NCBI RefSeq assembly: GCF_022539665.2
Contig: NC_081333.1
Coordinates: 7,750,001 to 7,814,000, forward strand
Length of the DNA stretch: 64,000 bases
Direction of reading: 5' to 3'
Source: Daphnia carinata
Taxonomy: Eukaryota
The notes under the pieces: generated by a model
What the model was told of the DNA's origin: nothing
Database searches by the model: none
Seen by the model: only the letters and a program-made list of their open reading frames with translations
Translations under genes and position numbers: made by a program
Shown here: positions 49,701 through 64,000 of the stretch, piece after piece
How positions within the stretch are numbered: position 1 is the stretch's first letter
How the letters are laid out: the number at the start of each line of letters is the position of its first letter

Positions 49701-52700
49701 TAACAAACAAAAAAAAAAAAAAAAAGAGAAAAGAAGAATCGTTCTTATCTTGTAGCAACTGCCATGCACACGAAACAATTCGAGGAACAAGGACTCCCCA
49801 AAAACAAAAGAAAACTACGCACAAGCCGTCCGAGCGAGACTTCAAAATAACTTTGGTATGAAATTAAAAAAAAAAAAAAGAGGAAAAGGACAGAGACGAG
49901 TGATACGACAGACCTGGAACGGTCATTTTTATTACAACCCGGTAGTTATCCTATGGTAACGTCCGTCTGCATAGTCTATAACAAGCAGAAGAACGAAAAG
50001 AACTGGGTCATATTTAAGCGATGCCCGTTTTCTTGAGATGAATACAAGATGGCTTTATCATCCTCATCATCGGCCTGTATGCGACTTTTGAAAAGTATTT
50101 GTAGCAGAATTGTTTGAGAGCTTTTGTTAGGGAGCACGTCCAATGAAGCACACGGATCGTTCCAGGGCAAAAATATGAAAAAAAAAAAAACAGTTGAAAA
50201 TGAATCGGCAGGAAATCAGAGATGAAGTATCTCACTGAGAGGGAAGGAAAACAAGAGGATGAAACCAGGTGAAAAGATCTTCATCGTCATCCCTCGCATA
50301 TGCTAAACAGAGATGGAAAAAATAAAAACAAAACGTCTAACTGCGTGCATCCGAAAAAAGATTGGACCTGTCCTGCTCATGGACGTGTCTCTTGTCTATC
50401 CCGGCGTGAATGACGCGGCAAGAAGATGGCGGTCGAGTCACTATATCTGTTTTAGATATACATTTGGTACGAAAAAAAAACATCTACCAGGAATAGTTTT
50501 AACAGTAGGATAAGTCTAAAACCATCGATAAATCACTGCCCGCGTGTCCCTTATGGAATGTCTTCATTATTCGGATTCTTCTTTTTCTTTCTGCGTCTCA
50601 CAGTCATTTCTCTCCCGTTTGTTTAGGTTTTTTATTCCCCCCCCCCCCCCCCCGTTTCGGTGATTACAGTCGTACGGCTTGCGACGCAGATGATGGCGCT
50701 GCTTCTATATTTGTTTAGTCGTTTAGATTTCGCGGTAAAAGGAAGGAGAAAAAAAAAATAACCGTTTCATGGCGTGACACCTTATCGAGCTTTGATTTCT
50801 TATCGGCAGGCTTGGAGGGAAATTCTGTCCGTCACAAATGGGATGTCCATTAAATTACTTTTTCTTAAGAAAATGCAGTTTTTTTTTCTGTTCAGGCACT
50901 ACCTTAAAATGAAAAAAAAAAAAAAAATGCCCGTGACGAGTTCGGGAGGTAGCTATAACACTCAGCCCCCAACAAGTTTTCAACAGTCGAGGGCTGATTG
51001 AGAGAATCATGTGAGAAGAGGAGAGACCAGTGACCTTTTAGTGGATCTAAGCAAATAAAAAAGACATGGACATCTTTTAAAACGCGATTAGTTTCCTTAT
51101 ATATTCTATTTTTTATTACACGCTTTTCCTCTGATTTTTTTTCTCTCTCCCTTGAAAGACCATCTGAATAGTAGGCATAATTGTCCCCGAAAAAAAAAAA
51201 AAATCTGTAAATTTTGCCCATTCGCCATTCCTGCGCGACTGAGTGAATGTTATTTGCTGTCCCCTTTTTTTTACTGCGTCGTTAATCAATGGCTCGCTTG
51301 ACGTGAAGGTATTTTCGGACGGGGCCGAATGGACTCAGAGAATGTGCGCAGTCAAATAAAAACAAGACACACACACACACACAAAAAAAAATAGTAGGTA
51401 GCCTAACTCAACGCAAGTCGAAAGTCAAACAGGGAAAAGACGAGAGCAAAACGAATGTGGGGGTCCCGAGACAACATTTAAAACTGCTCCGTAGGTTACG
51501 TGTATAGGAGGGAAAAAAAAAAAAAAAACGTGCCTCTCTCTACGTATCTACGTTGTGTGTCTGATGGACCAACTTGGTAATAACGGCTATTTCGTGTTTA
51601 CTGTCGTAATGGATGTTGCCGCGACGCCGTGCGGTCAAGCCTCACGATATTTCCGCACCGTCCGCTTCAGGTCAAGGTGACGTGATGGAAATAGTTTTTC
51701 TTTAAAAGATTCTTTAAAAGATGCTTTGGTGACCAAAAAAAAAACAAACAAGATTTTTAAAAAATATCTAAATGTGGAGGGAAAGAGAGGTGAATTGATA
51801 ATAATAATAACATTTGAAAAGGGGACCCAAACGAGAAGATGATTTTCCAAAATAGGCTATAATAAGTAAAAAAAAAAAAAAAAAAAAAGAGAATATAAAA
51901 ACATAGAGGACGAAGAAGGCGGAAATAGCGGAATGTTTTATTACAGCTGCGTGTGCGTAGCCTTTTGAAGAAAAAAAAACAAAAAATTGCGGCCAAAAAG
52001 AAAACGTTCGGCCCCACGGGTGACAATAATCAATAGACGCGCACACCTTTTTGCCTCTTCCCGTTCCATAGAGAGAAAGACGCACACGTACACACAAAGT
52101 CCTGATGATAATTTACTGCCGCCGAGATCATAAATCCCGACACACAGACACACACAATACAACAAAAAGGAAAAATAATAAAAATGAATAAATAAGGAGG
52201 CTCGGTCGATGGGCTCGTGTTTGTCGCCGGACAGCCACGACAAGCGGGCGGCTATTTTTTTTTTTCTCTTTCAAACAGAAGACAACAGTTTTTCTTTGCT
52301 TCGACAACCAGTCAGCAAAACAACAACAACAAAAGTCGTAAATTGTGCGACAATCATTTTTAACGGACGCCACAAGGCGGAAACAAAACAAACACCAAAA
52401 ATAAAAGGATTTAGAAGGAGCGTGTGAGGCGGACATTGCCGGAATAGGCGATCCGTGGTGGTGTATACGCACCCGTATTGTATATCATTTGCATCACCAG
52501 CACACACACACACACACACAGCATCTTCTATAAGCAGGTGGTGGTCTATCTGCTTGTTTCTTATCGTTTCTTTTTCTTTACTCGTCCTCCATCACCCGCC
52601 AGAATCACCTGGTATGTACGGAGAAGATCCTATGATATTCGCTTCCTGTCAGTTCAAACTCCGTCTTTGTTGTTTAACTGTTTTTGTTCTGGATAGCGCG

Positions 52701-53680
52701 GAACTAGCGTTTAACGTGGCCAGTCGTTTTTGTGTCTGACCAATTGTTGTTGTTTTTTTTTTTTTTTTGGCTTTATGAATAAGTTGGGGGTCGAGCCTAT
52801 TAAACTATGAGAAACAGATTTGCCGACAAATGCAAAAGTGCGGAAGCTTTCACTGTTCTCGCTTTTCCGTGTGTAATTGGCGTTCACTAGGTTTCGATTC
52901 TTTCAAAAAAGAAAAGAGTTTCGTTGTTCACGGTGAAAATGATGGAATCGTATCAGAAAAGGAAAACGTACAAAAGACAAACGAGATAACAACGGCAGAA
53001 AGCGGAAGATAATATTAAGGGAAAAGGAAAGAATAATAGCGGCATAGCTCAAAGGAGTTGGACAGTTATGCAGCCGACCAAACGCCAGTTTATATTTTCG
53101 GCCCTTTTTTTTTTTTTCTTCAGTCAGAAAGAGAAATATAATCATTTTCCATCGGTTTTCGGTTGTTGTTGTTTGGTGTGTCGTTGTGTTCCTTTCATTC
53201 TCTTCTCGTTTTAATCGAACGACGTATGTATACGTAACAAAACGAGAGTATCTAACAATAACAGTTTTCAAAAGAGAGAGAGAGAGGAAATGAGACCACC
53301 CATTCATTCTGGAATTCCATTTGTTTCATTAACTTTTTCTTATTCTCATTTCTCGAGTGGAGGCCAAGACAACGATCTTTATTCAAAAAAGAAAAACGAT
53401 ATGCTTTAATACCGCGGATGAATGTGGCATTTCCAGCGCAATAAAACAATGAGGAACAACTGCAATTTCCGGTGAAGTCCGGTTCCAATCCAAGCGTAGT
53501 TTATCGTGTTTAGTCTTTGATAAAGTTGTTGTTTTGAACAGTTGTGCTAAAACCACTTTGATTGCGGGTTACTCAAAAACCGTTGAATTGGCGTGAAATC
53601 TAAGATTTTATTCGGAATCAGCGTTTCATTTTGATTATAGGAGGTTAGATTTTAGCGAATTATAAGCCCAAATTTTTGTA

Positions 53681-53731
53681 GTCGGGCTTAAAAAGTCGGG
53701 CTTAAAATGCCGGGATTAAAATGTCGGGCTT
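53681..53731. repeat. 14-bp minisatellite, about 3.6 copies (GTCGGGCTTAAAAW)
   Basis: Units gtcgggcttaaaaa / gtcgggcttaaaat / gccgggattaaaat / gtcgggctt, with an inverted partial unit taagccc at 53663-53669. Confidence 0.85.
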
Positions 53732-56700
53732 CTTTAAAATGGATGCACTAAAACCATTGATTCCGTTTTCTTACGTCGTGATGAACTCGCTAACTACTCA
53801 CATACTTATTTGGCGTTTAATTTTGCTCATCGTAGTGTGTTATACCTTAAATAGTAAAGTCAAATTGATTCCTTATGTGTTCTCTCTTTTCCAACGCAAT
53901 AACATATTCATATTTTTTGAAGTGGGATGTTGATCCATTGAATTCTAACCGACACCACGAAGCAAGTTGGCCATGTAGCACAGACCTACTACGAAGAAAA
54001 CGACGACGACGACTTGATGGATCGTAAAAACATCTTTGGCCGATGTGTCTCCCTTCTTCGTCTTCTTTGGCTCTCTCAATCCGTTTATGTTCACCTGGAC
54101 ATTTTCTTCAACGTCTCCTATGTCGCAAGGAAATTGACATATAGTCTCTGTGTGATTCTGTGAAAGATGGATGCCTTACCTTCCCGTTGCCCTCTTCTTT
54201 TATAGTGAAAAAAAAAAATTACATAGACACACACAAAACGTTGGTTGGAGGTGCATAGAAGAGAGACAAGTGGGCCCCACTCTCCAATGTGTTCAACCTC
54301 TTGGCTCAAGAGATTGATCCACTACGAAAGGTGCTGCGACAGCGACACATCGAGCTGGGCGGGCTCATAAAAAATAAAAAGGAAAAAGAAAAAAATATAT
54401 ATACACACAACAGAGCAGAGGGGGGTTTATAAATGTACAGGCAATCTTCGTCTTCTTCTTTAAAAACGAGGATCACCTCATCTCCGTCACCAGCAACCAC
54501 ACACACACACAGACAAGATATCCAAAGACAAAAAAAAAAAAGAAAGGAAAGAATAATACCTCCCTCTCCATCTCGGTTACCTCAAATTGACAAACAAGTT
54601 TCTTTCTCCAGTTGGTCGACGGATGACATCCTCCTCTTTTTTTTTCTCTTTCTTTTGGCCCGGCCCTTATTATCGTCTTTCTTCTTTTAGCTCTTCTTGG
54701 TTTGACTCTCATCTCTCAAGTTGTTCTTGAGAAAGAAGAAAAAAAAAATTCCTTATCAGTTGAAAAAGATCAACTAAGAAATTGAAATATGTCTGTCGCA
54801 GACATTCTTCTGCCCTGCTCTTCTTCTTTGTTGCACAAGTTTTCATGTGTCTGTTAAGAGGGGGAGTAGCGAGTGATGGGTTACCATTCTACGTATAGAA
54901 TGTTTCATCCTCCTTATTAGATTAGATTGAAACAAGAGGAAAACATGATCGGAAATATGTCCCATAACTCTTTAAAAGGATTCACATTTCCACCAAGAGA
55001 AATGCTCTGTATGACAATCGAAAACTGACAGTCATTTTGCAATAAAGTTTTTTGAATTTGAGCTTATCGGAAGAGATCATGAACTAACCTCCATGTTTGT
55101 TTATTGTTAACATTCAGATCCCTTTTCTTGAATACGTACCAGATCTCGGTTTTGGTATCAGCGCAATGTATTGACAGTTACTTGATTAAATTCCTACAGT
55201 ACCAGAGAATGCACGACAACCTGATGTTATAGGACCATTAAACTTAACATCCCAAAACAAACAGCGCTATCGTCGAAAACTATGCGTTAACAACCAATTA
55301 TAAAGTCCTATACATCTTGTACGTGTGTGATTCCCGGCCTAAACTTAAGTTGGACAACAAGTTCCATTGATACATCTCCGTCATGGAAGTAGCAAACACC
55401 GGCACATCGCCCGATACTGATGCAGTATATTTCTAGACGAGTTTAATTTGCAACTAATCTTGAACGGTTCGTCGTTATAGAAGCGCAACTGCAGAAGGTG
55501 TGGCCGCGGGATGTCGATTTCCATTCGCGCACACGCAGGTTCTGGCCAATATGGAAAAAGCCAACAACAAAAAGGATCTTCTCCTTACCCCTCGTTTATG
55601 TTTTGTTGTGTAAAAGCAATAGTCAACGTGTGTGTCTCACGGATGCGCACGCGTCAACCTCCATTAGACATTCACATGGACATCTGAGGCCCGGCCCCGT
55701 GAGTTCCGATTTCTCTCACGTCGCTTCGTGCTGGCCGTCATCCTATGTGGTCGAGTCGGTAAAAATGAAAACAAAATTCTTTCATTTTCTTTTTCCTCGT
55801 CCTGTCCGATACCCAATTTTTATTTCTTGCCTTTTATTCGTCGTCTTTCCGTGTCCATATCCTTCTATTCCCTTTTTATTCGTTATTGACGTTGTGAGTT
55901 GCTTTTAACCGCAACTCCCCACACATTTTTTTTTTATTCCCTTTTTTTTATGAACAGACATATCGACTCTGCGTGTGACCTCGGCAAAATATTTCCAAAA
56001 AATATTTTCTTCTTTTCTTTTTTTTTTTTTTTTTTTTTGGTTTATTTTCCGCCCGTCTGGTTGGGTCGTATGAACGTGTATGGCCTTTATTTTTCAGACG
56101 GACGCATAGTCATCATCTTTTTGGGGAGGTACATCTTTTTTTTTTTCTCCCTTTTTGCTGTTTGTGTGTTTGCAGTCCATCATCAAAAAGAGTCGGCAAA
56201 AGCCGCAGGAAATAAAATAAAAAGAATGAAAAAAGAAACAGAGAGATAAGTCGATTTTGAGCATTTTTTAAAGAAGAACGACACGACACACGAAGAAAAA
56301 AAAAAGGCGTGCGTTTCGGGTGAGCATTTTTTTTTTTTGCAGTCTCGAAACAAACACATTTTTGTGGGAAATAGCGCAAGTGGGGGGTTCGTGTAAAGTT
56401 CTTGTTTATTCTTTCATTCTTTTCTTGCCCGATTTTTATGATACCTCTCAATAAAAGATAAGAAAAGGGCAAAACAAACAAAGAATAAGAGACGATCCCG
56501 GTCAGAGCCATTGTCATTCGCCCCCATCATCTCTGATAACGATACAATATTATTTTTTAATATTCCGTGTTGGGATAAAGAGAGTCTCCTAACAAAAATA
56601 CGTGCAGCTCAATATAAATATCGATTACTCGTTTGTATAAGCAAAACCCCAGTTGTTATACGAGCGCGTTAAAGAAAAAGCAATAAATAAGAGAGAAAAG

Positions 56701-59700
56701 AGAAAGACACAATAAGACAGTTGGAGGATTCAGTTTTCGAAACTCCCGCACATTATTATTAAGGTCTTCTTCTATCCGTTTTGGAGGAAAAAAAAAATTA
56801 AATATCATTTTATTCATGCGGTCGACCCCCCACTGTTGAAAAAAAAAAAAGGAAATCGTTGATGCATAATTTTCTCGATGCTCTCTAGATGCAAGAAAGA
56901 AAAGACGGAGAAAGGGAGTTCAAACGAATACACGTAAAGGAGGAAAAGAGCGAAACCTATCAATGGTGATGAATCAGTTGGCCATTTGATTTCAACAATC
57001 CATCACCTGATGATCCGCTTTTTTTTTTCCCTCTACACGCAATTCCGATTTGTTCTACATACTTTCCTCGTTTCTCACAGAACGAACGAAGGAAGAAACA
57101 CAAAACGTGTTTCAAATTCGAAAAGGTCACGTAGGGATCGAATTACACAGATGGATTGGTTTAACGTGACCAATAAAATTTCTTCTTCTTTTCCCCTTGT
57201 TCGCGTTGGCGACGTGCGTGTTAAGTGCGGTAAGAACAGACAGGTACGTTTTCGGTTGAAGGGCGCGATGCTGTCGCAAAGGATCGTGCATCCATAAATC
57301 CGACTGGAATTGACATTTTCTGTGTGTACGTGAGTACATATATAATAATGGCTATAAACATGTACAGTCAAATATGGCAGGGAATACGGTCGTTGTCTCT
57401 ATGTCGTGCTGTACTTTTTACCGTGTTCAAACAGCGGGTAGAAAACCGTAATTTATTCAAATAAAACCTTCCAGTCTTTGATTCTTTTTTTTTTTTTTTT
57501 TTCCCTTTGCTTTTACTTATCCGACATTTTTGTTTGTTTGTGCTGTTTGCGTTGTTTGTCGAATTTATTTTTTTTTAGCCAATGAATATGAGCTTCCCAA
57601 TGAATATAGTGACAAAAAAGATTATACCCAGAAAAGCTTGTTGGCAATGAACCACCAAAGGAGGAAAACGAGTGAACCTCCTTGGGCTTTTTGATGGATG
57701 GCTCTGTTTTCACCGGAATCAAGTCTCTGAAAGAACCAAGCGTTGGAAATGAATGTAAAAAATTATAAGCACATGACCACTGTAGCCAATGTTCTTCGCC
57801 CACCAGCTCGAACTATAAATGAAGTAGGAAAAAACAGAAATTGTCTTTGACAGTTAGACTATTGTGAAAATGTTTTTCTTGATTTTATTGTAAATGTTGC
57901 TGCATTCCTAATTACAGGATTTTTTCTTCAGGTTCATTTCTTCTATTCTTTTTTTTCCTCATAATAAATCTAGTTTTCTTTACTTCTTTTGTTTTTTTTT
58001 GTTTTTTTTTGAGGTTCCCAACCGCTATTATATCTCTTAGCCAAAAAGTATATATGAATAAATAAAAAAAAATGCCACAGGAGTTTTCATATTTTTTTGT
58101 TGTTGTTTTCTTTTCTGACTGATGGGATATTTCTTTTTTTTTTTTTTTGTGTACCTAAAGAAGAAAGACTTCTTCGCGGGAGCCCATCACTAAAAAAGGA
58201 GAGCGGACAAACATTCGTGATGCGCAAGGCTAATGTAATAATCTAGAGTGGATTTACATGTCGAGCCATTTGGCAAAGGAAAGGTGGAGTCGAGTCTTTT
58301 CTGGTTATTATATTCACATAGCAATACACATTTACGCCACCAACGATAATAGGGAGACCCGTCGGTCATCATTCCTGCCCCCCCCCCCCCCCATCCTCTC
58401 CAAAAAACTGCTTTTATTTCTTTCATCTTTTCTGTCGTTTTCTGTTTTTTTTTTTTTTTTTTATACATCACATATCTGCAACAAGAGCGCAACACCGTCG
58501 CGAACTTGCTCTGCCATCCATCATCGCTGGATAGGAGAAGAGTCGTATAAAATGATCATAAAAACAAAAAAATGGAATTTATAACGCAACGCATAGAGAC
58601 AGACGCCAAAGGCTTAAAAGTTTAGGGTACCTATAAGTGAACACAAGCATAAGCGTAAGCACATACACAGTCCCGGATGTGTGTTTAAAGGTATAGCTTT
58701 TGCTATTCTTCTTCCTTGTCGCCATCTGTTCTGAAAGGTTTCCGTATGACGATGAGTGTGTTGCTGAAAAAAAAAAATTATAATCATTTAACTTTGGCTG
58801 AATGAAATGTTTTGAGATGAAGACACATGATTCGACTTGAAAAGTCATTGGGTGTGTGTGTGTGCAAGCATTTCCCCACCGCCACTTTTAGCATTGAGTA
58901 CATCTTTATGGAAGGAGTGTGAAGATGCCAACTCATTGCGTGGCTTGTTAAAATAAATAAAAACGTTCAATCGGGGAAAGAGGAAAAAGAAAAAAAAACG
59001 ATGAATGGAACAAGCGAAAATTGCCGAGAAAAAGGGCTCTATAATATTTTTTTTATGTGCACGCATAGTTTGGGGAAAATGTCCCTAAGTAGTGTGGGTC
59101 TGTCTCTCAACGCCGATTCGACAATATTTATTCGTCCACCCACTGGGCAACTGCCGCCAACACGATTTCTGCCCGCGCATTACACCAACTCGGGCCCGGG
59201 ACGACGATGATGGAAAAGGTAGACGACACACTAGACGCGCACAATAAGAAAGAAAAAAAAAAAAGCTAACGCTGATACAGGGTTTTAGGTATAATGCCGT
59301 TGAAGTGCTGGTTGGCGTTTGAGGGCACGTAAAAGACACGTACGCATCGTCTTGGATTGGGCGTGAGCCAGGAAATATTTGGCGTCTCTATGTTGTCTGC
59401 TTCGACTGGGTGGGAATGTTCGTCTAGAATTTTTTTTTTTTTTTTTTTTTTTTTTAAGAAAAATAACTCGAGATGCAACTTGTTGTTGTTGTCCACTAGT
59501 GTCTTCAAATCTTCGTCGCTTGTTTGGTTAAGACTTGCTGACAATGTTGACCGAACGAGGAATCAAGAAAAGGTTCTTGTCGCAACATTCCTCCTTGCTG
59601 CCCACGTCTTTTTTTTCGTTTTTCTATCCTTTCCGGCGATCTTTTTTTTTTTCTCCTTCCAAGAAAACCCCCCTCACTTTTTTTTTTCGTGTGTTTTTTT

Positions 59701-62700
59701 TGTTTTTTTTTCGTCCCCATCCGCTTTGCTTTTCACCTGCAGTCACGGTCGAAATCGCAAAGGGAGAAGCGGATGAGGTGACGTCGGACGTACAGATATG
59801 GTGGCAACCCACCTGCAGGTAAGCAAAAAAAAAGAACGGGTATACACGTCTATAAATATATCTGGTTAGAAAAAGAAGAAGAAAATCTTCAGAGTGATCG
59901 AGAGATAGCGCCCAAGCGCACACAGGGATTTTGAACGCGTGCCTTTGCGATCGATCAAAAACAACAACAGGGGAATGTGTACAAGGCACCTTTTTTTTTT
60001 TGCTCTTCGGCGACACGGCGGGTGGTTGGGTTAGAGAAAGGTTTTTTTTTTTTTTTCTTGATTTTTACGCGTTCTGCCGGTTAAGAAAATCCCGAACCCC
60101 CAGCTGAAGACGAAAGAAAAAAAAAACAGCGACCGATAAATATGGCGGTGGGTTTTTATTTTTTTGTTAGAACGCAGAACGAGTAAGGACAGCAGGACGC
60201 ATGATGGAACAACCCGCAACTTTGACGGATTCATTGATTTCTACTTTCTGATGGTTTATACAGAACATCGAGAGAAATACACTCTTTTTTTCTTTGCTTT
60301 GTTTGGAGCTGTAGCTCATCGTATCACGCCGGGATTTACAGAAAAAAACGGCGCCTGATATTTTCATTTCCCCCCCAAAAAAAAGGGACGTTTCATATTT
60401 TGAAGGCGATTCGCTTCATCTTCTTCATCAAATCTCCTGTACTTCTGCTTTTTGTACTTATACCCGTTCCTTTTTTTTATATGTATTCAGTATATATATG
60501 TGTGTTATCATCGTTTTTCGAATCCTGACGGGTTTTGACTGGCCAAAGCACTCCTCCCCCCCTCCTCACCGCACTCTTTGGTTGTATGTATAAGCCGATT
60601 AGAAATACGTCGTGCGTTATGTGCCCAGCAGCGAGGTCAACGACGAAACAGAGAGATAGAGTCGGCGAGACTTATGGGACGATTTGTTTTATCTCTTCCG
60701 CCGCTTCCATTTTTTTTTTCCCCTGAAATTTCCCACGGTCGTAAGATTTGCTTAAAAACGAATATCCATTTGCTGCGCATTTCTTAATGGCATTTCCCCC
60801 CCGTCATATTCAGCGCGTATCTCAATCTCGCATCACTGTTTAATAATGAGGCGGAAGCAAAAGGGCGGATTATGGACAATTTGTACACGTTGCAAGCTAT
60901 CGAATCAGATAAGAAAAGAAAAAACAAGAGGAGAAAAGACTCGGAACTTTTATTCAAGAATTTTGATGACCTGCCTCCGCCCAATGTCTTCCGCAAAAGG
61001 AAATGGATTGCAGACTTGCCGGAACAAGTCCAAAGATGAAAACAAAGGCCGCTCTCACATCGATGGATAATAAAGAAAGATACTTTCTTTTTTTTTTCTT
61101 TAACAAAAAAAAAACAAAACAAGGCAGAGCGGTATGCTCTTTGTGACAACGATTAGGAGCTCGTAATCAATCCACTCTCTCTCTCATTATGGATGACTGT
61201 AAAGGCAGGCGCTATCTAGCCATTGTATAATAAGAACCAGGAGCTTTTGTTTGTTCCTTTTTTTTGTTTGACCTTTTGTTTGATTGCATACCGTTCGGTT
61301 ACGTCATCCGGGACACACGTTACAAGAGGAGCGGGGTGAATGTTGGATTCGGCATGTCCCATCTAATGAACATTGAAAATCGGAGGAAAAAAAAAAAGAC
61401 AAGTAGAGACAGATAGTTGTGAATGACATGAGTAAACAACATGGGTGGTATTGAACGGTGAATATGCGTATCAATAAAAAAAAAATAGGGGGGAGAGAAA
61501 ACCCACAATACCGGAAATTGCGGAGGGTAAAAAAAAATGGTGATTCCATTAGACTGAACGTTATCGTCGTGTATGTTTTACGATTGTGCGGTATATCATC
61601 AGACATTGATACATAAAAAAAAGAAAAGAAGAAGATGAAGTCCTTGATCACTGTCATCCATATTCATCGTCAAGCACTGTAACGACACTGATTATGCCAA
61701 TGAGCCAGGGGTCTTTCTCCGATTTGCGCATCTCATCCGCCATAGTATTAGCTTTTTTTTTATTCTAATCCTCCCCTATTTAAAGAGAGAACCCAGGAGA
61801 ATATTAAATAAGTATTTGAGTATGTCACTGTTATTTAGCATCACAAAAAAAAAAAAAACATAGCCTCTCTTTAGATGTGTGATTTATTTGTCTCGCGGCA
61901 GTGGAGACGAAAAAAAGAATTTGAATAAAAGGGATCCTATTACTCAATACGTATATATATATATATATAACCCCGTTTTATTTTTGTTTGTTCGGTGAAG
62001 GGGGAGATTATACGAGTCTCATGGAAAGACGTGGAACAGGAAGGTCGTGCACATATAGAAAAGACAGCGGTGCTTCTCGGTCACGATTCTCACGTCCAGT
62101 CAGATTTATAGACACACCAACTACTACGAACGTACACGCAGAGGATACCGAAAAGAAAAGAATCGTATAAATAAATAAATAAAAGAATTATCCAAATGAT
62201 CTTTTTTTTATATATATAATTAAAGAGCGAAAATGCAGTCACTCAACTTCTTTTTTGTGTGTGTGTGTGTGTGTGTGGATCGTATCTTCCTGATCGTTTG
62301 CATTTCGCGGGTTATTGCCGTCTTTCGTGTCCGTGGTTGTAACTGTTGTCTGTGTATGCGTACTCCATTAAACATTTGTGCACGTAGGACGATGATATCT
62401 GCATGAAACGGGTCGTCTGGTATGCAAAAGATGCATAACGGCTTTTTTTTTCCTTGCCTTGCGCTTACCCCCGCCGCGCATTTCAAATGTCATCCGGCGG
62501 GGACTTGAAAAAAAAACAAACTAACGCCGGCAATGTAATTATGTAATTCCCCGCTCGTATCAGAACACACTTTTTTTTCTCCTCTCATTTAATTAAAAGA
62601 AAACAATAATACTAAGACTATGTTAAAAAAAAAAGTCAAATTCCTGGCCGTCCAATTACGCGTCTGCAGCGACGATCGCTAGCGAAATGGAAGTTTCTGC

Positions 62701-64000
62701 AGGGAGTTTCGAATCGGCCTTTTTCTTTCCCTACGTACATAAATAGAGTACGTAGCATAATAGATGTAGTATATAGTATATGTGCGACAGTTTTACGAGC
62801 CTCTTCATCGCGACACCCACACGCACAAACGAGCAGCTCCCAGCGCCCCGTCCTTGCTAGCAAGACTGTTATGATAGTGTCTCTATACACGATTATACAG
62901 CAGCCAAGCGTACACACATATAATCTTCTTCTCTAGACACCCTCCTTCAGTCTCTCTTCTTTTTTTTAGCTCGACGTCCACCACAGATAAGACTAAAGTG
63001 TCTAACCCTCTCTCTCTCTCTCTTCTTTTCTCTCTGCCTTTCTCTGTGGTATAGGGGAAGGCGAGTGTGGCTGATATGATTATACTTTACATAATCATAT
63101 AAATAAAAACGTACGCATAGATATGGCGCATTTTTTTTTTTTTTGTATTGCATAGTTTTCCCCCCGTTCTTGCGGCGACGGAACAAATCATTTCGTTTTC
63201 CAGCCGAATGCCTTGGCAAGTCGTGACGTCACATCAAGTGAAGATTTTTGTTGGATAGAGAACACACAAAAATAAAAAAAAAATGGGTTTGGGACCTGCA
63301 CGATGTTGTTCTTTTTCAGAAACGTAAATTCAAACATCTTGGGTCTACGTCGTTTTAGTGCGTGGGGGGCTTTATATCAAGGCAACGATTGCATTAGCCG
63401 CCTTCATTGCTGAGCTGTTTTTCTTTCCTTAAACAGTCACTCAGCGGGACGTGTATATTTAGAAACCTTGACGGTCGATTGGGTCCGGCCAGAAGAGAAA
63501 GTGAGGCTGGAAAAAGGAAAAAATACTTGGGAAAACAACAACAACAACAACAGCGATGCTGAAATCGTTGTGAGTAAGCAGATTTCGTGCAACGTCTATG
63601 GAAATTCGGCAGTAGGATAATGAAAAAAAACAAAAAAAAAACAAGTCAACAGTAGCTAAATAAAAATCGAGGTAGAAAACGAGAAAGAGAAAGCGCCTTC
63701 TACGAAACCGACGACGTCGAAGCGCATTGTAAAAGGGCGAATGCGGAATATGACAATCGATTGCTATCTTAGATAGTAAATCCCTTGAGCCTCGTTCGTG
63801 AGTCTTCCCAGACAAGCGATGGAAATCAAGGGGGGGGGGGATGCCTTCCCATGTTGATTGGATATGACGAAAAGGGTGGAAATAAATCTAGCGAAGTTGG
63901 GCGCACAGTTCATCAAGACTATCTCAGGAAGTAAATCGTCGATGGTCTGATTAGCCCCGACGCTAGAGACACTACACCATCGATGATTGCACGCAAGGGG

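Noticed and set aside
53681..53731. CRISPR-like array
   Set aside because: The units are directly adjacent with no spacers, are only 14 bp, and the context is eukaryotic with no cas genes.
55140..55193. Possible minus-strand micro-exon (TGTAG|...CTG|GTACGT)
   Set aside because: Stops occur in all three frames and the polypyrimidine tract is weak. It cannot be supported as coding.
29374..63815. Many 60-190 aa ORFs across the right half of the window
   Set aside because: Same homopolymer and microsatellite artefact (KKKK, FFFF, HTHT, CVCV). None resembles a known protein or transposase/RT fragment.
1..64000. tRNA, rRNA, snRNA or conserved arthropod miRNA genes
   Set aside because: None was recognised by eye. 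A tRNAscan-SE/Infernal/miRBase search is needed to exclude them properly.

Overview
This is eukaryotic, intron-rich DNA, most likely a branchiopod crustacean such as Daphnia. That call is an inference from the mostly 57-110 nt GT-AG introns, the arthropod-type proteins and the homopolymer-saturated non-coding DNA. I hand-spliced five protein-coding genes, each into an open, frame-consistent CDS: (1) meiotic cohesin kleisin Rec8 (-, 16 exons, about 726 aa); (2) ESCRT-III CHMP4/Shrub (+, 5 exons, about 228 aa); (3) replicative helicase subunit MCM4 (-, 13 exons, about 843 aa); (4) an XK-related scramblase-family gene (+, 4 coding exons, about 736 aa, ending in the PDZ-binding motif ETKL); (5) a convergent, strongly diverged second XK-family gene (-, 2 coding exons, about 1047 aa) with an approximately 760 aa low-complexity tail. 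Genes 1-4 form a compact block with two head-to-head promoter pairs. A probable non-coding first exon of a sixth gene running off the left edge lies at about 5.2-5.5 kb. Positions 1-5.1 kb, 18.6-25.3 kb and 29.2-64 kb are non-coding and rich in poly-A/T; nearly all ORF-track entries there are artefacts. I found no rRNA, tRNA, CRISPR or intact transposon. The most interesting items are the divergent XK paralogue (loss of conserved acidic residues, a CX2CX3HX6C motif in the tail), the tail-to-tail XK pair, and the intact Rec8. I cannot claim a demonstrably new biological system from the sequence alone.
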